A DNA stretch of 64,000 nucleotides, taken from contig JAUCBJ010002054.1 in assembly GCA_032718475.1 (NCBI GenBank), forward strand, positions 10,877 through 74,876, written 5' to 3'. The first letter of the stretch is position 1. Every line of letters begins with the position of its first letter. The translations under genes and the position numbers were made by a program. Source of the DNA: Nemertoderma westbladi. Taxonomy: Eukaryota; Animalia; Xenacoelomorpha. This document shows positions 23,401 through 35,177 of the stretch, one piece after another. Below the pieces are notes generated by a model that ran no database searches, was not told the origin of the DNA, and worked only from the letters and a program-made list of their open reading frames with translations.

Positions 23401-25513
23401 GGCTGATCTCATGTCATTCTTAGATGGAGAAGTGAAATTACAGCTCCTAAGGCAGTCCAGAGAGAAGACATTGGAAAACAAGGTAAGTGAGAAACCCGTT
23501 TCTAGGAGAAGGGTAATACCAGTATGTTATACCGACGACGGTGAAAGCCAAACTTCTCAAGGAGAGGACAGCGGGAAAGACACTGACAGATCTTATGTCA
23601 ATAAAATGCCTAAAGATCAGGTAAGTAAATCCAAGTCTCGACCCAATGACAGAAGGGAACCGGTACAAAAAACCCCTCCTACGTCTCCTAAAAGAATTCA
23701 GGTGAGAAAGCCCGAGGAAAGAACAAGTGTGCACCACATAGCACATGTTAAAGTAAGTAACATCAAGCCCAAATGTGTGCTGTGCGACGGGCCCCACCGT
23801 TTAAATGCGTGTGATAAATTCCTGAGGAAATCACTAAAGGATAGACGTGAAGTCATGTGGGATAAGCGGTTGTGTTATAATTGCCTCAGACGAGGACACC
23901 AACGGCGAACCTGTAACTCCGACGCAAGGTGTGCAAAGTGCGGCGCAAAACATCATATCTTGTTGCACACGGAATTCGAACGAAACAGCCCGAGTCAGGT
24001 AAGTGAGTCCGAACTACATGTCCAATTCAGTGATGTGAACGACACTGATCAATCTGAGATGGAAGGATTCTATACGGACGAGTTCTCCGACCAAAACGAA
24101 TCCTGTTACCTAATAAACACCACCGCAGTGTATCGAGCACTCGTGTATGAGAAAGACACAGACAGCGACCTTACCTTAACTACTTCCGATCAACAACCAT
24201 CTTGGAAAGCGCCAACTTCCAATATAGGAATCCGAGAATTTCCTGTAGTCCAGTTACGGGTCCACGGACCTCAGAAGAGCTATATAGTGAACGCCCTCCT
24301 GGACTCCGGTAGCACAGGAACATTCATCGATAAAGAACTAGCCGAAGTCATCTTTGCTGGACAACCCAAGTTCCGAACCAAGCTAAACATGTCAGGGATC
24401 ATGCAGGTTTGGAATTCTACTGTAGCTGCCGACTATTATATAGGTGAGTTGTCCACCCCACAGGATAAACTAGGAGAATACAGTATAAGGTCAGTGAAAA
24501 TGGTGGCTATAAAGAACTTCGCTACTACTCAAGCAGACCTTTATAATTGGGACGAGGATGAGAGCATCCAACATCTTAACATACCTCGATTCCAGACTGA
24601 TTATCCTGGAGTGCAAATACTCATCGGCCAAAACGCGCATGAGGCGCTGGAGACATTAGAGAAACGACCTGCTCAACCGCAGCCACTACAGACCTATGCG
24701 GTAAGAACTAGAGTAGGTTGGTACCTTACTGGACCTTCCCGTAGAACGCTCAGGGAAAGACTGCTTCAAGATCGCGTCTGCCAGGTGAGTGAATGGGAAG
24801 ATGATACTAGTGAGGGAGACGACCCAACTGAGGGAACACCACACTCCTCAGATAATGACAATCTTAGCTCCAATGTAGATCAATGGAGATATTGCCCCAA
24901 GAAGTTTAATCCAACGGACATCGCTTCCAGAGGAGCAACTCCTCAAGAACTGACAGATACTATAGACCGGTTAGGTGAACCCGACTTCCTGAGTAAGGAG
25001 AATGAATGGCCTCCCCATCTTACTCCGACTGAGATTAGACCAGCCAAGGGAGCGGAGAAAGTCGAACCTGAAACCCGGACGGGTGGATCGGAGTTATTTG
25101 AACCCGGGATAGATCTGTCGGTATTACATGTTGCCAGGGACGACGCCGTGGATCTGGGCCTCCCCACCGCGAGTGGATCCTTCATGAAGATCAGAGAGAG
25201 CGATTGGAGCTCTGGAACATCAGACGTCTCGCAGGGACTCTCACCTCTCCTGCAGAGAGCGACGGACCACTATAGCTCCTGGAATCGGCTTTGTGACGCC
25301 GTCATATACTTTGAGCGATGTTTCTATCGTCACTATTCCAGGACGAAGAGGAAACCTGGAATTGTATTCAGGATGCAGCGACTCAATCACCCAGTCGGTC
25401 GTTTGTGTTTATCGGAAGGGAATGGAGGACTCTCCGGAAACTGTGGAAGGCAAGATTCTCTTCCCACGACCACCTCCCTAATCCTTCAAACATCTAGGGA
25501 CTCCATAACGTAA
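20468..25513 (+). CDS. BEL/Pao Gag-protease polyprotein lacking RT and integrase (1681 aa)
   Basis: Coiled-coil EAAAEAK repeats; DUF1759-like KFNGD..W..F...EKLRYL..CLEG; zinc knuckles CVLC..H...C, CYNC...GH....C, CAKC...HHILLH; protease LLDSGSTGTFI; RNase H tail QWRYCP...NPTDIASRG; no YxDD or integrase core. Confidence 0.9.
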   Translation: MSDTKQNLSDSLLDVTICDSDRDVQPSGRKSSSPPTVRKVIPPVVITEPRLVQHRRSIIGTRAQVKRDQKAAEQQQPASQELIPQRPSSSSSEDTVELTPERGAEMTDAVYTDPLLILPAAVLAGLLIAVEEHQIDWARSQRSTRDSYAGYTSEELKSIVESQWNFPGPGLPFDLSEAAWEDIHRMGVAKETIDPAVWKRSAAGYAQGFFSSMERVERQLFQQPQGPQEQGSLLYQVRERVLRIRLILSAFEEASKRRQDTSLQVAVKTWFQRVNLQVQGTAQWKAQLEERSNHGESTDATFSQVESEATAEKPHKRDAIDIYLSDYQRFLGDDELRRRLEGLSPNSEGTKLVLDAIDVEMRAANQAKFDEQLRLTRVQEEQVKKKRIEDRKKAAVVAAEAERKLAAAEAAAEAKAAAAAAEAKAAEAAAEAKAAAAAAEAKAAEAAAEAEAKAAEAAAEAKATLAEAAAERKAVEAVAEAERRATEETTQLELENIQENQDCINKQLTASNMQMMDRSTPKRQGYTSSEEGDTTDTEGKGNRSRLSRRKRTFHRQKLPDLPPAVRRQLNNTNLGSTEPTDQIIKIERLPTIVDEPEIIRPVLEITPSVIDTPVLPEATYKFPLHSTKLPVPRRTAPETVQVLDPERNIHNLSPVVPRPPATTLATPASAVEWVDERRRGMDILLGQMQETVQQFKGTVRESRLELQEVQQSIALERDKLVNTQKGIPPPSVTMCQPVRSEVLHAQGVEPTRIYTASEVETPIVNPIKGNYRPVDNDIPYRTDHNPRNLYTDNSILNSTMAQESFTRQMARTEARQAVKVGEIVKFNGDEMKWLPFNEYYKDNIQNSVLSNGEKLRYLIECLEGSPKLMALRFIGHPDGLRQVWDTLNIRYGNRNNIAGYLYAKLVAPRKFISSGIIEFSDEIQEICRQLDWLGKSHEYQSAMVIRAVASTLPKGGVGTRWDKKVLYMMEQQRRDPTMADLMSFLDGEVKLQLLRQSREKTLENKVSEKPVSRRRVIPVCYTDDGESQTSQGEDSGKDTDRSYVNKMPKDQVSKSKSRPNDRREPVQKTPPTSPKRIQVRKPEERTSVHHIAHVKVSNIKPKCVLCDGPHRLNACDKFLRKSLKDRREVMWDKRLCYNCLRRGHQRRTCNSDARCAKCGAKHHILLHTEFERNSPSQVSESELHVQFSDVNDTDQSEMEGFYTDEFSDQNESCYLINTTAVYRALVYEKDTDSDLTLTTSDQQPSWKAPTSNIGIREFPVVQLRVHGPQKSYIVNALLDSGSTGTFIDKELAEVIFAGQPKFRTKLNMSGIMQVWNSTVAADYYIGELSTPQDKLGEYSIRSVKMVAIKNFATTQADLYNWDEDESIQHLNIPRFQTDYPGVQILIGQNAHEALETLEKRPAQPQPLQTYAVRTRVGWYLTGPSRRTLRERLLQDRVCQVSEWEDDTSEGDDPTEGTPHSSDNDNLSSNVDQWRYCPKKFNPTDIASRGATPQELTDTIDRLGEPDFLSKENEWPPHLTPTEIRPAKGAEKVEPETRTGGSELFEPGIDLSVLHVARDDAVDLGLPTASGSFMKIRESDWSSGTSDVSQGLSPLLQRATDHYSSWNRLCDAVIYFERCFYRHYSRTKRKPGIVFRMQRLNHPVGRLCLSEGNGGLSGNCGRQDSLPTTTSLILQTSRDSIT

Positions 25514-28478
25514 CAACATATGGAGTGGGTGTGTGACTCTATTATTTTATATTATTTTATTATTTTTATATTTATGTATGTATTACTATGTAATTCTATT
25601 ATAATCGTTTTCTTTAATTTTATTCAGTAGAATGTTATTTTAGCGATTATTTAGTAGATTAGTGCAATATATTCGTGTTTATTACGTACGTAATTACTTA
25701 TATTATATTTAGTGAGACGGCGAAGAAATAATTATTTTTCTCTTTCCTTACTGTCCGTATTATATTATAAATACGTAACTACAGTAAGATGAAATGTCCG
25801 TACTTATTAAAGTACAATAAAGCCACTACTATATTTAAGTATTATTGGTAGGCAGAGTATTAGGAATGCAAAGTTCAGATCCTCGTGTCTCGGCTAAACC
25901 AAGCTCTGGGTAGACCTTGGAAACGACTTGCCTCTTCACACTGACATTGCTTCGTGCGATATTGCTCTCATACCGTATATTAAATAATACATATAGTAGC
26001 GTGATGTCCCTTTAACAGTAGCGTATAACGCAGAATAAATCTGTTAAACCCTTTGACCATCTGTAATTCTAGTCGATTAAGATATCGCGGCACCCACCGA
26101 TATACTTGAAAGACAAATTCTAGAATCAGTGGTTAACGTCCCCAGACAAGTTCTGGAATAAATCGGTGCCCATCTCAAATATTAATTATTTAATATTTGC
26201 AAATCTAATAAATCAAAATCTGTAAAATTCAGATCCTTCAACAATTCTAGTCAATTAAGATATCGTAGCATTTACCGATATTCTTAAAAAAGACAATTGT
26301 CATAGAATTAAGGATCTTGTGTCCCTAGACATGTTCTAGAATCAAAATATGTCCATTTAATTATCAAATAATAAAATTTCAGGGAATAAATTTAAATTCA
26401 TGCCTTTTAATGAATTTAATAAATTGCCATTTTACGCAATTTATAAAGTTCCCAAAATTCCATTAATTAATAGATCAAGGGAGCGGAGATTTATCTTATC
26501 ATGCGTATGAGAGTGTGAAAGTCTCCCAAACATAGTCAATAGCCGATAAAATTCATAAAGTCATGTATAAAACAGAACATTGACTATTAAAGAATACTAT
26601 TAAATAACATCCCAGATCTGTATGCATTGGAATTACTCTAATTCTACCGCTAGCTTTGCATAATGTCACCATAGCAACAACCACGCTAGAATTAGAATTG
26701 AGTTAAAAGAACAATAGAAAGCTTGTACCATTGAATAGCATAGGGAATAAATAGCGCACTACTAGTATCCAAGGATACATAATAATACAGTGACATTCTG
26801 GAAGGCATTGACTAACGGACAAATGGCCCGAATGTGTGTAATTTGTGACAAGTTGTGTGTGTGGTATTTGTGAGTTTATAGGTGAATGTTACTGCTAAGG
26901 TGTGTTTACAGTAGCCAGTCGCAATCGTAAAGTAACCTAACTCTCCAAGGAATACCTGAAGTACATCTAAGCCTTTGGGACGGACAGTCGAGTGACTTGT
27001 GCCGGTTGTCGTTGTCGTTGTGCGGCTACGTCGTTGGCGAAAGTACGGCGGCGACGACACATCGGCGCTGAGGATCTCGTCCTGTCCGGGGGTTGATTGG
27101 GGTAGGCAGCGACGCCCGCTCGCCTAAATATAAACTCCTTATAATGTGGATAAACTCATATATAGCAGAAATGACGGAGTTGATAGAAGATGGTCTTGGT
27201 ATCGGGGAGCGATATACTCTACTTTTACAAGCGTTTGTTGATAGCTTAATACGCGGCGACATATACGCAGCGTAATGGTACGTATATGGGCTTCTTAACT
27301 ACTGGTCATTCTATCAATTTACACAATACGGACTATGTCGACTATATATCCTGCCCAGCGGAGTCGGAACCATAAACTGAAATTCGAATGCGAAAATTCT
27401 ATTCGAAATCGGCTCGAAAGAAAAGACATTAAAGAAACAAATAAACGCGGTAACTCCAACATATATTTGGAATTCTTGATAGAAGCATTGTAACAACAAT
27501 TAAATATCATCCGCGTTTCCCCTACCAGACGTGCGTCTTTGGTATTATTACGGTAAATGCCCTAGATCCAGCCAATAAACGGAAAGACATAAACATCCAC
27601 GGAAACGTTGTGATAAACACAGTTGTGTTCGTTATATTTACTGGAGTTTCGAGCGAAACTTGTTTGACGTATCACCTATGCTCACTCGGCTCTAACGATC
27701 CTAGAGTAAACCTACGATCAGAGTCCCGGAATACTCGGTCAAACCTCCTCATTCCTTAGTTGGACCTCAGACCTGCGATCCTGGTGGTGTCGCGGATCCT
27801 CTTGGACGGTATTCACTGTTCAAGATCTAGTGCTACCCTAACAATTAATCGGTAACACTCCGACAGTGATTTCTAGCTAGCCGCCCATCTTACCTAGCTG
27901 GATTATGACGCAGACACCTAATATCACTATCCAACCGTATGGTCGTCCCGTTTAACGCGATACAACCCTTCATCAAGGTGAAGGAGAGCGTTGTACGAAA
28001 CGAGTTAAACGCTATTTTATAAAGATCAAAAAAGAAACCTGCGTTTGTTCAGATAAACGTAAGTTATCACAGTAAGTCCAATCGATAAACGAATTGGCCT
28101 TATCTCAGTTCGATTGGGAAACCTCGAATCTCTAAGAAGATATCAAGCTTAGAAAACCCTATTCTCTGCGAGAGTTTTGGACGAACGTATCCCATGACAA
28201 GCGGAGGAAAATCAGCTCGAGGAGAAGCATATCGAAATGGACGAGACACCGACAGTAAACCCAAACCTTCTAATGCAATCATATTGCACCCTTCACCCAG
28301 GAGTTATGGCCCTCCTAGTAAAGTGGTTCCCCCCAAAGAGAAAAGGACTCTTGCTAGCTTTAAAAAACTGCGTAAACGCCGTCCGCGCAAGAAAGACTAA
28401 CTGTTTAGAGTATCTTTAGGTTTTAGAAACTGTGATTTTTATATTTTATAGACTGAAAATCCCATTTTCTGGGAGCGG

Positions 28479-29714
28479 TGTAAAAGCCTTTGCTGAATTG
28501 CCCCGTTATTTTTATTATCTTTTACATTAAAATACTCTGTAGTTGATTTAATAAGTGTAAGAGACCGTATTATTGCTGTATCGGTGTTTTTAGAGGATCT
28601 AAGACCTATTTCCTCCGTATGTGTACTGTGAAAGGCATATTTTATGATTCTATGGCAATTCGTGACGCAAAGGGGTGATAGCTACTCTTGAACAGTAGTT
28701 ACTATGACTACGGTTAACAGCTGACATTCATACGTGTTGATTTCCTTTGTTCTACGGCGTCTCTCAGTTCAGTCAGCCAATTAGAGCGTTTTTGTGGCTC
28801 CTTGTACAGAAAATTTCCGAGAAATGACGCAATGCCTATGTGCAGTGTTTACATTCAGTCCTGAGCCAAAGAAAGAACGGCTTGGAAGTATTTTGTGCTT
28901 TACTGTTTTAGCCGTACACTAGTAGGCTTAATCATAAGGACATATATCCGTTATCTAACTTGACTAACCTAACTCAATGCAATCAATGCATACTGCAGTA
29001 CTGCATACACTGCATACTGTGTAACACTGTGCATACTTTATATTGTTATACTGCTATTTGCTGTCTGTACTTCATAATTTGGTTGATGAATTATTATATT
29101 TGGAATAACGATAAATAACCCCGAAAACCCAATATTCTTGATATACTGAAGGTAAGAGAGAAAGGTTATACATAACGATTGTGACTTATGTTAAAGTGGT
29201 TTGAAGTGAATCTAATGTTATTTGATAGCCCCTACATGAGTCAGTCCGTGTTCCTTTTATATGTAACTAAAATCAGTGAAGATCGGCAGATCAGTGTGCA
29301 GTATTGTGCAGCATTGTGTGCGGGTGATACTGATAACGAAGCATTTCCTAAAGAATGCGCCATATATGTGAATTATAACTAAGCCATATCGTTGTGATTA
29401 GTTTAAGTCATAACTCTGTTTATATAGATAGAGCGCCACGTCCTAAAGGAACTGTTAATATTCCCCGAAAGTGAATAATATTGTCAGAGATTATATAATA
29501 CTGTCAGTCGAATAATACATTAAGCTTACATAGCAATAAAATTAAGCCGTCGAACCCAATCTCCCGGGAATTATCCAGCGGGTGAATGATCGCGCACAGA
29601 TTGGTTTCGACTAGTGTAGTGAATCAAATATTTGTCATCGGCTAAAGTGATTTATTATCTAACAGACATCCTAATTTGGCGGGTTAAACTGCCAAAGGTC
29701 TGAAAGCGCGAACA
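28479..29714 (+). repeat. Element A 3' LTR
   Basis: Preceded by PPT; near-identical to 17063-18298. Confidence 0.95.
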
Positions 29715-29719
29715 CATGG

Positions 29720-30070
29720 GCAGTCTTGAATAGGCTTTCCAGGATTTGGAAGTCACCGAGAATTAATCGGACACTTAAGGTCCGATTATTTAGAGCAGCA
29801 TTAGTTCCAGTACTCCTCTATGGGAGTCCATGCTGGGCTCTAACCTGCTGCGGACACCAAATCTCTGGATGGCACATTCACAAGAATGCTACGCCGGGTT
29901 CATTGTGTCAAGTACAATGCACACATCTCCAACCAGACACTATATAACATTGGAGGTGTCTCATTGGTTCCCCCAAGCTTGACACTTGAACAAAATCGCC
30001 TCCGCTTTGCAGGACATTGCTTTCGCCGTGAGGACCAGCCAGTGCATAATCTTGTACTTTGGTAGCCTTA
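29720..30070 (+). mobile_element. Continuation of the same LINE after the LTR-element insertion
   Basis: RIRKGKAW (ends 17062) resumes as AVLNRLSRIWKS...VLLYGS..WALT and RLRFAGHC after the CATGG TSD. Confidence 0.9.
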
Positions 30071-30819
30071 TGGAGTGAATAAGCACAATAGTATCTACAT
30101 CATTGTCCAGAATAGGGTGTTTCCCTTCACTTCTATGGGGCTTTCTATTATTCCTACCTGTCCCAAATACGTTGTCTAATGATTTCCAACCTGTCCAATA
30201 TAGGGGCATCCAATCAAATCATCATATGAGCCAACTCCTCTTCATCGGACCAATACCAACATTCCTAAAGTTAGGCATCCTCCTTATTGGCTATATAATG
30301 TAAAGGTTAATGGAAAATTCCACTGATATATAATCCAAGTGTCAACTACGAATCCAGGGCTCATTATAACAACCTATACTGGACAGAGCAACGTATTTGG
30401 GACAAGAGCTGGTTGAGGTATATGTACAGTGGAAATTCCCATTCTAAATAAGGGCATTTGGAATACTTGTTCCCTAGTTATGGTTAAAGATATACTGTGG
30501 GTGCCTTGCAAATGGCCTGTAAGACTGTGATGCATTATAGGCTATAGTGTCATCATAGTCACGTTATTTAATTTCATGTTGTACAATTTATTCATATTGT
30601 GCAATTTATCATGTTGTGCAATTTATTCATTATGCAATTTATTCATTGCGCAATTTATTCATTGTGCAATTTATTCATGTGGTGCAATTTATTCACTTAT
30701 AATAAATCTAAATACATTCGTATATTAATAATTAAATGACAATCAAATTAGTGATATCGCAACCTCCTCCCCCGGACTCAACTTCATCCCAAATAGTCCT
30801 TAATAAGTCTTAAATTTGA

Positions 30820-32900
30820 ATCAAATAGGTTGTTAGTGTCCCATATAGGGTGTTTGTGTCCCATATAGGTTGATTTTGTCCAAAATAGCCTGTAGCTTTA
30901 TCAAAATTATTTCAAATAGTTTATAAATGTAAAGGAATACTGAAAAGAATATTGACTTCATAATCATAGCTTTAATTCCAATTTGTCCCAAATAGGTTGT
31001 TTATGTCCCATATAGGGTGTTTGTGTCCCACACAGGGTGTTTTTATACCAAATAGCATGTAACTTTCTCAAAATGATTTTACATAGTTTATAAATATGAT
31101 GGAAATACTCAAACGAAAATAGAATCCACTATCATATATAGCTTTAATTTAAATTTGTCCCAAATAGGTTGTTTGTGTCCCATATAGGGTGTTTGTGTCC
31201 CAAATTGCGTGTGACTTTCTCAAAATGATTTTACATAGTTTATAAATATAATGGAATAGTTAAAAGCAAATAGAATTCACTATCATAGCTTTAATTTAAA
31301 TTTGTCCCAAATAGGATGTTTTTGTCCCATATAGGGTGTTTGTGTCCCGTATAGAGTGTGAATTGCTTATAATAATTTCAAGTAGTTTCTAAATGTAATG
31401 GAATAATAAAAAGAATATAGAATTCACTATCATAGCTTTAATTTCAATTTGTCCCAAATAGGTTGTTTTTGTCCCATATAGGGTGTTTGTGTCCCGTATA
31501 GGGTGTGAATTGCTTATAATGATTTCAAATATTTTCTAAATGTAATGGAATACTCAAAAGAATATAGAATTCACTATCATAGCTTTAATTTAAATTTGTC
31601 CCAAATAGGTTGTTTATGTCCCATATAGGGTGTTTGTGTCCCATATAGGGTGTTTGTGTCCCAAATTGCGTGTGACTTTCTCAAAATGATTTTACATAGT
31701 TTATAAATATAATGGAATACTCAAAAGAAAATAGAATTCACTATCATAGCTTTAATTTCAATTTGTCCCAAATAGGTTGTTTTTGTCCCATATAGGGTGT
31801 TTGTGTCCCAAATAGCGTGTTACTTTCTCAAAATGATTTTAATTAGTTCCTAAATCTCATGGAATACTCAAAAGAATATAGAATTCACTACCATAGCTTT
31901 AATTTCAATTTGTCCCAAATAGGTTGTTTTTGTCCCATATAGGGTGTTTGTGTCCCGTAAAGGGTGTGAAGTGCTTATAATAGATTTCAAATAGTTTCGA
32001 AATGTAATGGAATACTCAAAAGAATATAGAATTCACTATCATAGCTTTAATTTAAATTTGTCCCAAATAGGTTGTTTTTGTCCCATATAGGGTGTTTGTG
32101 TGCCAAATAGCGTGTGACTTTCTCAAAATTATTTTACATAGTTTATAAATATAATGGAATACTTAAAAGAAAATATAATTCACTATCATTTTTTCTTTAA
32201 TTTAAATTTGTCCCAAATAGGTTGTTTGTGTCCTGTATAGAATGTTTCTGTCCTGAATAGGGGAATACAGCTTGCCAACACATTGTTGCTGAATAGGGTG
32301 TACATTTCTTATAATGATTTTAAATAGTTTCTAAATGTAATGGAATACTCAAAAGAATATAGAATTCACTATCAGAGCGTTAATTTAAATTTGTTCCAAA
32401 TATGTTGTTTGTGTCCCAAATTAGGTGTTTGTGTTCCATATAGGGTGTTTTTGTCCCATATAGCGTGTGACTTTCTCAAAATGATTTTAAATAGTTTCTA
32501 AATCTCATGGAATCATCAAAAGAATATAGAATTCACTACCATAGCTTTAATTTCAATTTGTCCCAAATAGGTTGTTTTTGTCCCATATAGGGTGTTTGTG
32601 TCCCGTATAGGGTGTGTTTTGCTTATAATGATTTCCAATAGTTTCTAAATGTAGGGGAATACTCAAAAGAATAGCGAATTCACTACCATAGCTTTAATTT
32701 CAATTTGTCCCAAATAGGTTGTTTTTGGCCCATATAGGGTGTTTATGTCCCGTATAAGGTGTTTGTGTCCCAAATAGCGTGTGACTTTCTCAAAATGATT
32801 TTAAATAGTTTCTAAATCTCATGGAATCCTCAAAAGAATATAGAATTCACTACCATAGATTTAATTTCAATTTGTCCCAAATAGGTTGTTTTTGTCCCAT
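30820..32900. repeat. ~147-bp satellite with internal ~20-bp TGTCCCATATAGGGTGTTTG subrepeats
   Basis: ATAGCTTTAATTT(C/A)AATTTGTCCCAAATAGG recurs (e.g. 31432, 31579); cut at 32900 by element C. Confidence 0.9.
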
Positions 32901-34384
32901 TGTTAAACTCTGTACGTACTGCAGTAGCAATACAGGAAAAAACTCATTTATTTTGTGCCAATACATTTCTACCTAAACGGGTGGCCCTTCTAAATTGATT
33001 TAGATACTGTTCAGTTATGCGCATGCGCCAGGCCCATTCCATGTAGGTGATAAGAAGGGCGCTGTGATTGGCCATTTATCTGTTTGCTGGACGAATAAGA
33101 AAGCTAGTAGCTTCTCATATCCAAGTAAAAACCGGTTTACTGAATTTTATGCAATGTCAACGAGAACTTACTGGAACCGGTAAAAACCAGTTTTGTTATT
33201 ATATGGTTGCAAAACAGACCTATATTTTTTTTTACTCTTTAAGATTTTATATTGAATTTTGTTTCAGATTATTGTATTGAATTTATCTTATATCCAAGTT
33301 CTGATTTTTGTACCGTTAAATGTATTCGTACCTATAGATATGTATTAACCCAATTATTTGTTTGTGTTGGTAATTTTGCAAATCAGTATGCGATAAAGAC
33401 ATCCAGCGATCGGTTCGGAATTAAAACCCCATTGTTTTAACATGAGAGGCGCATTCTCCGTCTAATATAATTATGGAGTGAGGAGGTCGAGCCGTACCGG
33501 CCGACTGCAGGAGCCCAAAATGGATGGATGATGTTACACAACACGAGTGAAACATAAGTAAGTTCGTCTGGGCAAGCCACAAGGGGAGGGGGGTCTCATT
33601 AGGTTGATGTACACAATTCCATTAGGTTAACTGGTGCTTTAACTATTTCCTGTACTTGGGTTTGGGCCAAATTAAACCGGGATACCCCATCATAATAAAC
33701 ACACAGGCAGCACGGAAGTGCAAAGGGGGGAGAGTGTTGATATATATTTGGTATCAGTGCTCATCGTTTTGGCTTAGGTTTGGGTCTCATTGGGATACTA
33801 ATATTCATTTCACTTCATCTTAAATTATTTTGACTTTGTTGGGGGTGAGTAAGCTTATATACCAAGTTTCAGCTACAGCATTATCCACAGTCCAGAAATA
33901 AATGTATTTGGGTATTTAGATAGCTAATCATCTCTCTCTCACAATCATTAGTTTGACACTCTTACAGTTACTTTACAGAGTAGAAGTGAAAATTAGAGAA
34001 TATCGGCAATTGATCCACGAGATAACCAGGTTTAGTATTGCGTATAGTTTCCTTCCTTTTACTACCGTCGACAGCGGTGCGGTGTATAGAAATATACAGA
34101 ATTTGTTATAGCGGGAAAATTTAAGATAAATTGTTATTTATATTTGTTTGTTTATAAATTGTACTCGATACAACCCTTACCTATCGGCAGTTTAGCTTGC
34201 AGTATACGTGGTGGATAAGGGGCCATCACGCTAGTAAATTGTATTAAAGGTTGATAATATTAGCAGGCAGGCAGGGATTCCCCACCAACTGGAGTTTCCT
34301 TGTTGAGCTTTATATAGACCGGTTTATTGTTTTGTTTTCTTTAGAAACTGATACGTATTGCGATAATTTGATACGTATTCTACA
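32901..34384 (+). repeat. Element C 5' LTR (3' end inferred)
   Basis: Start fixed by the 3' LTR; end placed at ...TTCTACA because the next 12 nt are complementary to an internal LTR site; alternative end TTTAACA at 34437. Confidence 0.6.
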
Positions 34385-35177
34385 GTGGTTATTATGTTAA
34401 TAAATCTGCAATGTGCTTTAGCGAAATCTTTTTAACAAATTCTTAGCTGATTTGCGTTGTAAAAATTATAAATAAATCACAGAGTTGCTATAGCGCCGCC
34501 GTTGAGTAAAGTTTGTATCGAGTTTGAAAGTTTGTAGAGCCAAAAGGGTTGCATTATAAGATTTCTAAGAAATTAAAAAATTTCGCTCGAAATTGTTAGG
34601 ATAAAATTAGGGTAAATCTACCAGACAGCCATCTAATTCTCTAATACAACTTACAGGAACATCACTTTCGTCACCGCAACCAATCCGGGATCTGGGGACG
34701 TTTGACTTGGTACGCAAGTGAACTGATCATTCACGAGGTTGGGACGTGGGACGGCGTCGTTTAGCAGCAATCACAGGTTGGTCGTAGTGTCGATAGGATT
34801 GTGCTTGTGGGATCTATAGTTCATTTGTGGCTGTTTGAAGGTTTGTTAAAATACTTATGCACAGTATTTGTGGCATACTTGTGCATACAAAATAAATTTG
34901 GTGTTGTAATTTTTTAAGTAAAAAATTTAAATTACTTCCTTTGTTGTGTCTTATTGTCCCACCATCCAGGGTCTCCTAAAGTCGAGCCAAGGCTATATTT
35001 ATGAAATAAATAAAATATAAGAGAATTTGGAAATTATTGAGTTGTAAAAGTTGTTTTATTTGAATTCACATTTGAATTGGTGTAATAATTTGTAAACTAT
35101 TACAAGCAAAGAATTTCATTAAATTAAATTAAAATTAAAAAAAAATTTTAATCTATATAAAATATAAAATCCCAAAA

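Larger units (their letters stand above)
17063..29714 (+). mobile_element. Element A: full-length non-autonomous BEL/Pao LTR retrotransposon
   Basis: 1236-bp LTRs (17063-18298, 28479-29714), TSD CATGG (17058-17062 / 29715-29719), PPT GGGAGCGG, single Gag-protease ORF. Confidence 0.95.

Noticed and set aside
30745-30800. Possible upstream dynein exon (GMKLSPGEEVAI on the minus strand)
   Set aside because: Only superficial similarity to the expected MxSxEGExV motif and no supporting splice sites.
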